Shown in pieces: positions 1 through 8,814 of a DNA stretch of 34,925 nt. The first letter of the stretch is position 1. The number at the start of each line of letters is the position of its first letter. The position numbers and the translations under genes were made by a program. Source of the stretch: Candidatus Woesearchaeota archaeon (GTDB lineage Archaea; Nanobdellota; Nanobdellia; Woesearchaeales; CG1-02-33-12); assembly GCA_018399355.1 (NCBI GenBank), contig JAGYOA010000004.1:1-34925 (forward strand), in the 5' to 3' direction. Under the pieces are notes generated by a model. That model did no database searches. It saw nothing but the letters and a program-made list of their open reading frames with translations, and had not been told where the DNA came from.

Positions 1-1986
1 AAGAGAAGTATATTATGTTTAATATTAATTCTACTTGTTTTGCCTTTCTGTAATGCAGATGAGTCATGGATATATCAAAGCGAGAAGATGGTTATTGATT
101 TAGGAATATCTTCAACAATAAATATTATTCCTGAAAGCCCAAACTATTATGTTGATTATATAAAAGCAAAAATTTCTTTTTTTCCAGATGATGGATTTCA
201 GCAAAAATTGTTAAGTTTTCAATCAAACCCTGACTCAATGAAAAAAGAGGAGGTTATTGAGTTTAACTGGAAAGAGCCTTACAATGAAAAACTTAAATTT
301 TCTTTGGATTACAGTGTGCAAACAGAAAACAAAATAATGGAAATAAGAAAAAAGGTTGACTTCCCAATCGTCTCTTTAGATGGTAGATATTTTGGTTATA
401 CAGAGCCATCTGAAAATTTTGATATAAATAATGATATAGTTATGCTTGCATCTGAAATAGTGCAGGGTGAAGATGATTTGTATGTTGCAACGCATAAAAT
501 TGCCTCATGGGTAAGTGAAAATGTTGAATATGACTTGAAATATGGAAATACAACAGAAAAAGCATCGTGGGTTTTAAAAAATAAGAAAGGAACCTGTGAT
601 GAGATATCTGCCTTGTTTATATCATTGTGTAGGGCTGTTAAGATTCCTACAAGATATGTTTCAGGAATAGCATACTCAAACATTCCTGAAATAGAGGGTT
701 TTGGAAACCATGCATGGGCAGAAGTTTACTTTCCAGAATATGGATGGGTTCCTTTCGATGTTACATACAAGGAATTTGGGATGATAAACCCTACACATGT
801 AAAGATGAAAAGTTCTTTTGACTCAAGAGAATTATCCACAAGCTATGAATGGAAGGGAAGGAACTTTAAAATACAAACAGAATCTCTTGATGTAAATGCA
901 AATGTTGTGGATTATTCTGGGAAAAAGATGCCAATGGTGAATATTAAAACAAAATTTTTTGAGGATAACATAGGATTTGGCTCTTATAATATTATTGAGG
1001 CAAGTATTGAAAACTTAAGGAATTATTATATTCCTGTGAGGATATTCCTTTCTGCGCCTAATGAGATTTATGTTGAGCAGGAAAAAAGCAGAGGATTTAT
1101 TGTTAAGCCTTATGAAACAAAAAAGATATATTGGGTTTTAGAACTCACAGATGACTTAAAAAGAAATTATGTTTACACTATTCCTTTAAGTGTTTATGAC
1201 TCGATGAATTCTTCATCAACATCAACCTTTACCTCTAAGTCAAATAATTTAGTTATATCAAAAAAAGAGATTGAGGATGTTCTTGAAAGTATGATTGAAC
1301 AAGATAAAAAGGTTTATTCAAAAAATATTGAGCTTAGATGCAGCGCAGATAAAGAAGAGTATTATAGTGATGAAGAAAAAAAGGTAACCTGTTATGTAAA
1401 GAATACTGGAAATGTTATCCTTGAAAAAGTGGATGTTTGCTGCGATAAAATATGCAAAACAATCAATATGGGAATTGCTCAGGAAAAAACAGTGATTTTT
1501 TCAGATAAAGTCTATGAAATTGGAAGGCAGCAATCAAAAATAAACGCAAAAAGCAGTGATGTATCAAAAACAGAATATTTAAGGTATGATGTCCTTGATT
1601 ATCCAACTATTGAAATAATAAATATAACTTATCCAAAACAAGTTAAATACAGGCAAGAATATGAAATAAGTCTTTTTGTAAACAAAACATCTTATTCAAA
1701 TCCTAAAGAAGTAAATATTGAGTTAAAACAAAATAGATTTTCAAATGAATGGTTGATTGGTGAGATGAAAGAAGGCCAAATAATCAACATAAATCTCAAC
1801 TCAAAAACATTAAGGCAGGGAGAAAACAATTTTAATATAATCGCAAGCTTTAAAGACAACAAGGAAAATACATACAAAGAGGAAAGCAGCTTTTCAATAA
1901 ATCTTGAAAAACTAACATTTATTGAAAAAGTAGAATCCTTTTTTTATTCCATTGAAATTTGGCTGGATAACTTAATTAATAAATAG
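1..1986 (+). CDS. Secreted transglutaminase-like (Cys-His-Asp) protein with probable C-terminal Ig/CARDB-like domains; 5' end truncated by the window
   Basis: Catalytic triad motifs GTCDE, NHAWAEVY and FDVT. The frame is open from base 1 (KRSILCLILILLVLPFCNA, signal-peptide-like), so the true start lies upstream of the window. CYVKNTGNV is CARDB/Ig-like. Confidence 0.85.
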   Translation, partial: KRSILCLILILLVLPFCNADESWIYQSEKMVIDLGISSTINIIPESPNYYVDYIKAKISFFPDDGFQQKLLSFQSNPDSMKKEEVIEFNWKEPYNEKLKFSLDYSVQTENKIMEIRKKVDFPIVSLDGRYFGYTEPSENFDINNDIVMLASEIVQGEDDLYVATHKIASWVSENVEYDLKYGNTTEKASWVLKNKKGTCDEISALFISLCRAVKIPTRYVSGIAYSNIPEIEGFGNHAWAEVYFPEYGWVPFDVTYKEFGMINPTHVKMKSSFDSRELSTSYEWKGRNFKIQTESLDVNANVVDYSGKKMPMVNIKTKFFEDNIGFGSYNIIEASIENLRNYYIPVRIFLSAPNEIYVEQEKSRGFIVKPYETKKIYWVLELTDDLKRNYVYTIPLSVYDSMNSSSTSTFTSKSNNLVISKKEIEDVLESMIEQDKKVYSKNIELRCSADKEEYYSDEEKKVTCYVKNTGNVILEKVDVCCDKICKTINMGIAQEKTVIFSDKVYEIGRQQSKINAKSSDVSKTEYLRYDVLDYPTIEIINITYPKQVKYRQEYEISLFVNKTSYSNPKEVNIELKQNRFSNEWLIGEMKEGQIININLNSKTLRQGENNFNIIASFKDNKENTYKEESSFSINLEKLTFIEKVESFFYSIEIWLDNLINK

Positions 1987-2439
1987 TTTTAAGGCAAGCG
2001 CAACAAGCAAAAACCAAAAATAACTGAAGAATATTTTCTTGAAAACAAAAAAGATATTGTTTTTTATTAATTTAGATGCAAAAACAGAGCCAATTGGAAA
2101 TCCGTAAAGAAAGATTAAGGAAGCCACTAAAAGGAAAGTGTTTGTGTTTTTTGAGCTAAAGAAAAAAACAAACCCAAGAAGAAAATATATGATTTCTTTT
2201 TTTATGTTTATCTCCATCAGTAGTATTAAGACAGCATAAGCAAAAAGTTTCATATAAACATTAACATTAAACATCTTAAGTAAGGCTATAAGGATAATCA
2301 AAAGTATTATCTTCTGCATCAAAACAAAGTATTTTTTTCCTGGCTTAAGCTCTTCTTTTGCTGAAAATGCCAAAATAACGCCAAAGAAAAGCCCAAGAAA
2401 GCAGACAATTAAGGTTAAAGAATAATTTAAGAGTTCCAT
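1972..2439 (-). CDS. Hypothetical multi-pass membrane protein
   Basis: 155-aa ORF with about 5 hydrophobic segments; TATA-like TTTTATAT about 25 nt upstream of the ATG. Confidence 0.75.
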   Translation of the reverse strand: MELLNYSLTLIVCFLGLFFGVILAFSAKEELKPGKKYFVLMQKIILLIILIALLKMFNVNVYMKLFAYAVLILLMEINIKKEIIYFLLGFVFFFSSKNTNTFLLVASLIFLYGFPIGSVFASKLIKNNIFFVFKKIFFSYFWFLLVALALKLFIN

Positions 2440-2476
2440 TTAATTTGAAAAATATAGATAATATAAAAAGATATTG

Positions 2477-2728
2477 CTATTTCCACTCGCTGTGGCCAAA
2501 CTGAATCAAAAGGTCTACTTTAAGATCTTTTAGTTGAGTAGGAATATCACAAGCTCCAAAACATGAACCGCCCCATATTAAAACCTGGGCCTTAGTTTTC
2601 TTCTCTATTTCATGCTGTATGTTTTTTGCTTCTGGCTTTAATCCGTCTGCAAGCTGTATGCAGACTAGTTTGGCCTTTTCTTTTTTTATCTTTTCAACGA
2701 CCTTGTCAATCTCTAAATCATAATCCAT
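2477..2728 (-). CDS. Diphthamide synthesis Dph2-like protein, N-terminal domain only
   Basis: VCIQLADGLK, SCFGACD and DLLIQFGHS match domain 1 of Dph1/Dph2; the ORF is only 83 aa. Confidence 0.8.
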   Translation of the reverse strand: MDYDLEIDKVVEKIKKEKAKLVCIQLADGLKPEAKNIQHEIEKKTKAQVLIWGGSCFGACDIPTQLKDLKVDLLIQFGHSEWK

Positions 2729-2767
2729 AAAACAAAAAAACAGAATTCAGTATAAAAGCCTTTCTAA

Positions 2768-3409
2768 TTATTTATTATTTAATATTTTGTCCATTAATTT
2801 ATAAATCTTGTCTGCATCGTTTTTTGGTATAAGCTGGCAATTTTCATAAATCCTGTTTTTGATTTCTTCTGCTTTTTTAGAATTATTTTTTATTCCTTTT
2901 AAACAGTTTATATAATCTAGAATTTTGTCAATTGATTTAGAATGACTGTACTCAATAAAATAAGTGCTGACCATATCTTTAAGAAGAGGTAACTGATTTA
3001 AAAGAAATTTTGTTTTTTCAACATCTTTCCCCAATCCTTTGTAACAAGTTATAACATTGGAAAAGCTTTTCATAGATATTTCCATCCATTCATGGTCATT
3101 TTCTTTAACTGCCATATCAAAACAGAGTTTTCCAAAGAAATCAAATGTCACTGCTGCCCCTGATCTGTGATTTTTTATATAGTCATCTGAATAGAATACT
3201 TCTTCTCTTACTGAATCCTTGTCTATCTTTTTATAGATTGTTGATTTATTTAAGAGTTCTATTCTTTCCGCAAGAAAATCTCCTATAGTATAATCTTTTT
3301 CTAGATTAGATTTTAAAAGATTAACTGGAAAACGTTTTTGTAAAACTATTTTTTCCAGACGCGTGATGTATAATTTATGTTTTTCAGGAGTTATATTTAT
3401 GTATTCCAT
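2768..3409 (-). CDS. Hypothetical helical protein, paralog of 3413..4216
   Basis: Shares the NLL---LE-DYTIGDFLAE-IE motif with the neighbouring ORF. Confidence 0.7.
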   Translation of the reverse strand: MEYINITPEKHKLYITRLEKIVLQKRFPVNLLKSNLEKDYTIGDFLAERIELLNKSTIYKKIDKDSVREEVFYSDDYIKNHRSGAAVTFDFFGKLCFDMAVKENDHEWMEISMKSFSNVITCYKGLGKDVEKTKFLLNQLPLLKDMVSTYFIEYSHSKSIDKILDYINCLKGIKNNSKKAEEIKNRIYENCQLIPKNDADKIYKLMDKILNNK

Positions 3410-3412
3410 ATT

Positions 3413-4216
3413 CTAAAAGATATTTTCAATCGCGGATTTTATCTTGCTTTGGTCTAATTCCAAAAATTTTGAATTTGTATACACTTCTTTTGTTGTCTGC
3501 TGAACTTTTTTAGAATTAACATCTAACCCTTGTTTTTTATAATCTCTTATATGATTTATTCCGCACAAAACATACTCTGTCAGTATCCTATTCTGCATTT
3601 CTTTAGAATTAATGTCTTTGTTTTCTTCTGCATATTTATTGATAATATCAATCCAGTCTAATGGATGGTATAAAAAATAAGGAAGAGTAATCTCATTTTC
3701 ATCTGTTTTTTTTATCAAGGAATCAATTTTTTTTTCATGGTTAAAGTAATCAAAAAGCATTTCCTGAAAGATAGGGATATTATCTGAAATCATTTTATAT
3801 TCTTTTGACCGATTGTTTTTTATCTTTTCTTCACATTTGCTAGCATATAAAAAACATTTTTTGATTAAATCAGAATATCTCTTATCTTGAAATTTTCCTG
3901 ATAAAGCAAGAGATTTTTGACCAGCATTTCTGTATCTTATTGATGCATATCCAGGCTTTTCTTTATTTTTGTTATTTGCCATATCTATATCCTTCATAAT
4001 TTCCTGATTGTGTTTTTCTAAAGAAATATTTGGGTTATTCACAATCTCAATTGTTTCTGCAAGAAAATCTCCTATAGTATAATCCTCTTCCAGCTTAAAT
4101 CTTAAAAGATTGGATGAATATCCTTTTTTTATTGCTATCTCTTCTAAATTTTTTATATCTGATTTCTGCTTCTCAGTATTTGTATTTTCATATTTCATTT
4201 TTCTTAAAAATATCAT
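3413..4216 (-). CDS. Hypothetical helical protein, paralog of 2768..3409
   Basis: 267-aa ORF with the shared N-terminal motif; the true start may be the second Met (MKYEN). Confidence 0.7.
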   Translation of the reverse strand: MIFLRKMKYENTNTEKQKSDIKNLEEIAIKKGYSSNLLRFKLEEDYTIGDFLAETIEIVNNPNISLEKHNQEIMKDIDMANNKNKEKPGYASIRYRNAGQKSLALSGKFQDKRYSDLIKKCFLYASKCEEKIKNNRSKEYKMISDNIPIFQEMLFDYFNHEKKIDSLIKKTDENEITLPYFLYHPLDWIDIINKYAEENKDINSKEMQNRILTEYVLCGINHIRDYKKQGLDVNSKKVQQTTKEVYTNSKFLELDQSKIKSAIENIF

Positions 4217-4764
4217 TCTTTGTTTTTTATGTTTGTTTTAACATAAACAGTATAAATCCCTTCACCTTTTTTAGTTACTGAAGCCATGAAAAGCAATGCA
4301 TCCTTTTTGTTGTATTTTAATGCAGATGCAACTCCTTTGATTTTATTTTCAATTCCATAGTTTGCACATGAAGCAAAATCAGGAGTTTCATCGCTTTTGA
4401 TTTCAAGTTTTAAGAATGCATAATCAAATCCATCAACAAAGCAAAGAGTCTGTCCATCTACTTTTTTTTCATATCCTTCCCATACTCCTATTTTAACATA
4501 ATTTGGCATTTGCTCATGAAAATTAAGGTTTATTTCATCGCTTAATTCTTGGTATGGATTTTCTGATTCCTCATTTACTTTTGCATTTTCAGTGATTTTA
4601 ACAGAAGGAGATATGTTGTCATTGACCTTTTCTTCTATTGTTCCCTGCTGTGCGAAGACTCCTGTGCTGAGAACAGCACTGACTAAAATAGTACCTCCTG
4701 CTATATAGGCTGCTTTCTTTATGTCTGACATCATGCTTTTATATTTTTCAATCATTTTAATCAT
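4213..4764 (-). CDS. Hypothetical secreted protein
   Basis: KKAAYIAGGTILVSAVLSTGVFA is a Sec-type signal peptide ending in V-F-A. Confidence 0.65.
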   Translation of the reverse strand: MIKMIEKYKSMMSDIKKAAYIAGGTILVSAVLSTGVFAQQGTIEEKVNDNISPSVKITENAKVNEESENPYQELSDEINLNFHEQMPNYVKIGVWEGYEKKVDGQTLCFVDGFDYAFLKLEIKSDETPDFASCANYGIENKIKGVASALKYNKKDALLFMASVTKKGEGIYTVYVKTNIKNKE

Positions 4765-4806
4765 CTGTAAATTCGCAATCCAATTAAAAAAGAATAAAAA
4801 TTAAAT

Positions 4807-5031
4807 TTAATCTGAATGTGGTCTTTCTTTATTATAACCTTCATTAATCTCTTTAGCGTTATATATGGAACTGTTAGTATTATATATGTCTCCTTCTGGA
4901 CCTGTAACAAATTCATGTTTCCCTGAAGTTTTACTAGGAATCTTTTTACTCATGTTTAAACAATGCTCATCTTCCTCGGTAAAAACAAGGTCTATTGAAT
5001 CTGTTTTTTTAATTTCTTTTTTATTTTCCAT
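4807..5031 (-). CDS. Small hypothetical protein (74 aa)
   Basis: GGAGG ribosome-binding site 7 nt before the ATG, with a BRE/TATA promoter upstream. Confidence 0.6.
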   Translation of the reverse strand: MENKKEIKKTDSIDLVFTEEDEHCLNMSKKIPSKTSGKHEFVTGPEGDIYNTNSSIYNAKEINEGYNKERPHSD

Positions 5032-5134
5032 ATTTATCCCTCCACTGTTTTTTAATCCCAGAACAAGCCCGGGATTTTACTGAGCTAAAGCAATTATAAA
5101 TATTTATCGCTCAGTTAATTTAATAAGTAAAAGG

Positions 5135-5158
5135 AAATACTAGTATTTAAATCTTTCT
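5135..5158 (-). promoter_or_regulatory. BRE/TATA promoter overlapped by a perfect 14-bp palindrome
   Basis: Minus strand reads GAAAGA-TTTAAATA; the palindrome AAATACTAGTATTT is at 5135..5148. Confidence 0.55.
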
Positions 5159-5191
5159 ATTTTGTTGTTACATATAAGTAGTAAAATAGAA

Positions 5192-5530
5192 TTATAACTT
5201 TATTTTTTTGATTTTTTTCTCTTTATTGTAAGGAAATCTCATGTATTTTTTGCATTCAAGGCAGTAATAAACAACCTTGCCATCTTTCAGCCTTACCCTG
5301 CAGTTTAGATTAGGCATAAGAAACTTATAACAGTGCTTGCAGAACTGCTTTTGTAATCTAGAAGGAATTCTAACCTTATACTTCATGGCTATCTTTCTTG
5401 CGAGCTCAACATACCTATTTGCAAGAATTTTATTTTTTTTGAAAACCTCATTGGCCTCATTAAAAAGAGTCTCAATCCTTTCAAGGGCTATCTTCTTTTG
5501 GCCTGAACTTTTCTCTTTATAACTCCTCAT
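5192..5530 (-). CDS. rnp4: Ribonuclease P protein component 4 (Rpp21)
   Basis: IALERIETLF, ANRYVELARKIAMK, and zinc-ribbon motifs FCKHC and YCLEC. The ATG at 5530 is preferred to the ORF-track start at 5545. Confidence 0.92.
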   Translation of the reverse strand: MRSYKEKSSGQKKIALERIETLFNEANEVFKKNKILANRYVELARKIAMKYKVRIPSRLQKQFCKHCYKFLMPNLNCRVRLKDGKVVYYCLECKKYMRFPYNKEKKIKKIKL

Positions 5531-5637
5531 ATGCCTTAAAAACACTTAAGGATATATTAAGCTTTTGTTATATACCTCCTCAAATTAATTAATAATTTTA
5601 CAAAGATTTATATAGATTATAAAATGATTGTAATCAT

Positions 5638-6012
5638 ATGAAACTAAGATGGATAATAGGGGTTATTATTGTTTCTTTTATTGTTCTTGGATTTGTGATT
5701 AGAGTTTTTCCTCCTTTGGTAGGTTGCACTGCGATGGGTTGCCCTTGTGGAAATATCTCTGGTGAAAGACCCTGCAATAGTTGTTCATTCTCTGAACCTA
5801 TTTTTACGACAGGTATATTAAATATTATGCAACAATGTAAGACACAGGAGATAATCACTTGTGAAGATGGTGTTCAAGTTGATTCAAGAATAGATTTAGA
5901 GAACAAACAATGCAGGACTGAATGTTACCTCTTTTGGTTTAAAATAAGGAATATTGGCAAAAGTTCTGAAGAAGAAACTATTATTAGTAGTAAAAATAAT
6001 ATCCATTCTTGA
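5638..6012 (+). CDS. Membrane-anchored or secreted Cys-rich small protein
   Basis: N-terminal hydrophobic helix, 9 Cys, and TTTATA about 25 nt upstream. Confidence 0.7.
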   Translation: MKLRWIIGVIIVSFIVLGFVIRVFPPLVGCTAMGCPCGNISGERPCNSCSFSEPIFTTGILNIMQQCKTQEIITCEDGVQVDSRIDLENKQCRTECYLFWFKIRNIGKSSEEETIISSKNNIHS

Positions 6013-6022
6013 TTAATTGATT

Positions 6023-7696
6023 CTAAATACCTCTCTTTGTATATTTTGTGTGCAGAAGTTCCTCGGCCTTCTCACTCAAAGGCCTTCCTAAATATTCCTT
6101 GTACAAAAGCTTTATTGCAGGGTTTTCATAGGAGCGTCTTATTATCTTGTTTTCATCATTGACATAAAGGGCCTGCATTCTTTTTTTGATAATTTCTTTA
6201 GTTGTAGGAATCGGCTGGCCTCCTCCTCCAATGCATCCGCCGGGGCAGGACATAACTTCAATAAAGTCATACTTGCACTCTCCTTTTTTTATCTGCTCAA
6301 GAAGCTCTTTTGCATAATGCAATCCATTAACAACAACAAAGGTTAAATCATGGCCATTAATCATTATATTCCCTTCCTTAACATTTTTTAATCCCCTTAT
6401 CTGATTGAACTCAAGGATTTCTAAATCCTTTCCTGTTTCCAGCTCGTAAGCAGTCCTCAATGCCGCTTCTGTTACTCCTCCTGTTGCTCCAAAAAGAGTC
6501 GCGGCTCCTGATGAAATTCCTAAAGGAGCGTCAAAATTATCCTCCTTTAAATTATTAAAGTTTATTCTGTGATTTTTTATCATCCTGGCAAGTTCTCTTG
6601 TTGTTAATACATAATCAACATCTTTGTTTAGTTCTTTTCTCTGTGCTTCAAATTTCTTTGCAGTGCAGGGCATTATACTTACAACAACTGCATTTTTCTT
6701 TTTTATCCTGCTGTTTTCAATATAGTAATTTTTTAAAACTGCCCCAAACATCTCATGAGGGCTCTTGCATGTGGAAACATGATTTAATAATTCTGGATAG
6801 AAATGCTCTATGTATTTTATCCATGCAGGGCAGCATGAGGTTATCATTGGCAGGTTTTTATTTTTTTTAACCCTTTCAACAAGCTCTGTTGCCTCTTCCA
6901 TTATTGTTAAATCAGCCCCAAACTGGGTGTCAAATACTTCTTTAAAACCGAGTTTTCTTAATGCAGACACCATCTTTCCTGTAACTAAAGTTCCTGGTTC
7001 TAATCCAAATTCCTCTCCTAATGAAGCCCTAACAGCAGGGGCTGTCTGGACAAAAACATGCTTGTTTTTCAATGCCTTTTCAACATCTTTTATTGAGTCT
7101 TTCTCATATATTGCATTTACAGGGCAAGCCAAAATACATTGCCCGCAATGAATGCAGACAGAATCATCTATTCTTCCCTCAAAAGCAGGTGTTATTTTCG
7201 TGTGGTATGAACGATATGCAAAGTCAATTGCGTTTACGTTTTGCATCTCACATGCCTGAATGCACTTTCCGCATAAAATGCATTTGTTGTCATCCCTTGC
7301 TATTCCTATTCCTTCATTAGGATTGTGTATCTTTCCTATTGTTGAGAACCTTGTTTGCCTAACTCCTACATCCTTGGCAAGAACGCAAAGCTCATGTTTT
7401 TTTGTTTGTGTAAGATGTTCTTTGTGCTCTGAAATCAAAAGCTCTGTGTTGATTTTCCTTGCTTTTAAAACGCGCTGTGATTCTGTGTCAATAACCATTC
7501 TTTCTTTGACTTTTGTTGAGCATGAAGGCATCATTTTTCCATTAACTTCTACAAGGCAGACGCGGCAAACTGATTTTGGATGAAATCTCTCGCTGTAGCA
7601 TAGAGTTGGAATTTTTATTCCTTGTTTTTTTGCAACCTGAAGTATTGTCTGCTCTTCTTCGCACTTTATTTTTTTTCCATTAAGGGTTATTTTCAT
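6023..7696 (-). CDS. hydA: [FeFe]-hydrogenase group A catalytic subunit
   Basis: H-cluster motifs TSCCPAW, MPCTAKKFE and EVMSCPGGCIGGGGQP. N-terminal [2Fe-2S] (PTLC...CRVC...PSC), 2x[4Fe-4S] (CILCGKC, CIHCGQC), and a fused small-subunit tail. Confidence 0.95.
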   Translation of the reverse strand: MKITLNGKKIKCEEEQTILQVAKKQGIKIPTLCYSERFHPKSVCRVCLVEVNGKMMPSCSTKVKERMVIDTESQRVLKARKINTELLISEHKEHLTQTKKHELCVLAKDVGVRQTRFSTIGKIHNPNEGIGIARDDNKCILCGKCIQACEMQNVNAIDFAYRSYHTKITPAFEGRIDDSVCIHCGQCILACPVNAIYEKDSIKDVEKALKNKHVFVQTAPAVRASLGEEFGLEPGTLVTGKMVSALRKLGFKEVFDTQFGADLTIMEEATELVERVKKNKNLPMITSCCPAWIKYIEHFYPELLNHVSTCKSPHEMFGAVLKNYYIENSRIKKKNAVVVSIMPCTAKKFEAQRKELNKDVDYVLTTRELARMIKNHRINFNNLKEDNFDAPLGISSGAATLFGATGGVTEAALRTAYELETGKDLEILEFNQIRGLKNVKEGNIMINGHDLTFVVVNGLHYAKELLEQIKKGECKYDFIEVMSCPGGCIGGGGQPIPTTKEIIKKRMQALYVNDENKIIRRSYENPAIKLLYKEYLGRPLSEKAEELLHTKYTKRGI

Positions 7697-8814
7697 TTTA
7701 ATTTTTCCTGAAACTCATTTTTAAAATACTTAAACTCTTTCATAATATGGTTTACAGAGGACTGGCCAAGCCCGCATAATGAAGTATCTCCTATAACACC
7801 GCATAATTCCTCTAAAAGCTTGAGATCTTTTCTTTTTGCTTTGCCTAATGAAATTTTCTGCAGCAGCTCAAGAACCCTTATATTTCCTTCCCTGCATGGA
7901 GTGCATTGCCCGCAGCTCTCAAACTCAAAGAATTTTGAGATTATTGCTGAGATATCAAGAATGTTTCTTGTCTCATCAACAAGAATTAATGATGACGCCA
8001 GCATAGCTCCTTTTTTTCTTATCGGCTCACAGTCAAGTATTAAGTTTTCATCATAGGGAATGCATCCGCCATAGCATCCAAAGTAAATTGCCTTTATTTT
8101 GTTTTTTGGTCTTGCCATTTGAATTGCTTTTTTTAATGGAATTCCAAGAGGAAGCTCGTAAACTCCTGGCTTTCGAACATCACCTGAAATGCAAAAGAGT
8201 CTCCAGTTATCATTCCAGTTCTTGTCAGTGAAAATTAAGGGAAGGTTTGCAAGGGTTTCAACATTATCAACCAAAGTAGGCATTGCAAAAAGCCCTTTTC
8301 TTGATGGAAAGGGGGGTTTTATCCTTGGATTTCCCCTTTTGCCCTCTATTGATTCTATGATTGCTGTCTCATCACCGCAGACATATGCTCCTCCCCCTAT
8401 TATTATATGAAAATTAAAGGTTATGTTAATCTTTTTCATTGCTTTTTTTGCAGCTTGAATTGCTTTCTCTATGTTTGGCTTTAGATAAGAATACTGGCCC
8501 CTAAGATAGATATACCCTTCTTCTGAGTTTATTGCCCTTGCAGCAATGAGCATTCCTTCTATTACATTTAAAGGGTTTTTTTTAAGAATAAATCTGTCTT
8601 TAAAGGTTCCGGGCTCGCCCTCATCTGCATTGCATATTATGTATTTTTTTACTCCTTCTCTTGACATTGTCATTTCTATTTTTTCACCAGTTGGAAAATT
8701 AGAGCCTCCTCTTCCTTTAAGTTCTGATTTTTTTATTTTCTCTTTGATTTCCTCTGGACTCATCTGCATTGCTTTTCTCAGCCCATTAAACCTTGTTTTT
8801 CTTAATATTTTCAT
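7693..8814 (-). CDS. hydB: NuoF/HydB-like FMN/NADH-binding diaphorase subunit (short form)
   Basis: GRGGSNFPTG, CNADEGEPGTFKDR, GAYVCGDETA and ESCGQCTPCREG...SLCGLG. Confidence 0.93.
   Translation of the reverse strand: MKILRKTRFNGLRKAMQMSPEEIKEKIKKSELKGRGGSNFPTGEKIEMTMSREGVKKYIICNADEGEPGTFKDRFILKKNPLNVIEGMLIAARAINSEEGYIYLRGQYSYLKPNIEKAIQAAKKAMKKINITFNFHIIIGGGAYVCGDETAIIESIEGKRGNPRIKPPFPSRKGLFAMPTLVDNVETLANLPLIFTDKNWNDNWRLFCISGDVRKPGVYELPLGIPLKKAIQMARPKNKIKAIYFGCYGGCIPYDENLILDCEPIRKKGAMLASSLILVDETRNILDISAIISKFFEFESCGQCTPCREGNIRVLELLQKISLGKAKRKDLKLLEELCGVIGDTSLCGLGQSSVNHIMKEFKYFKNEFQEKLK

Noticed and set aside
3270..4084. DYTIGDFLAE resembles the sigma-70 region 3.2 motif LGDFIED
   Set aside because: No other sigma regions are present and the host is archaeal; likely coincidence.
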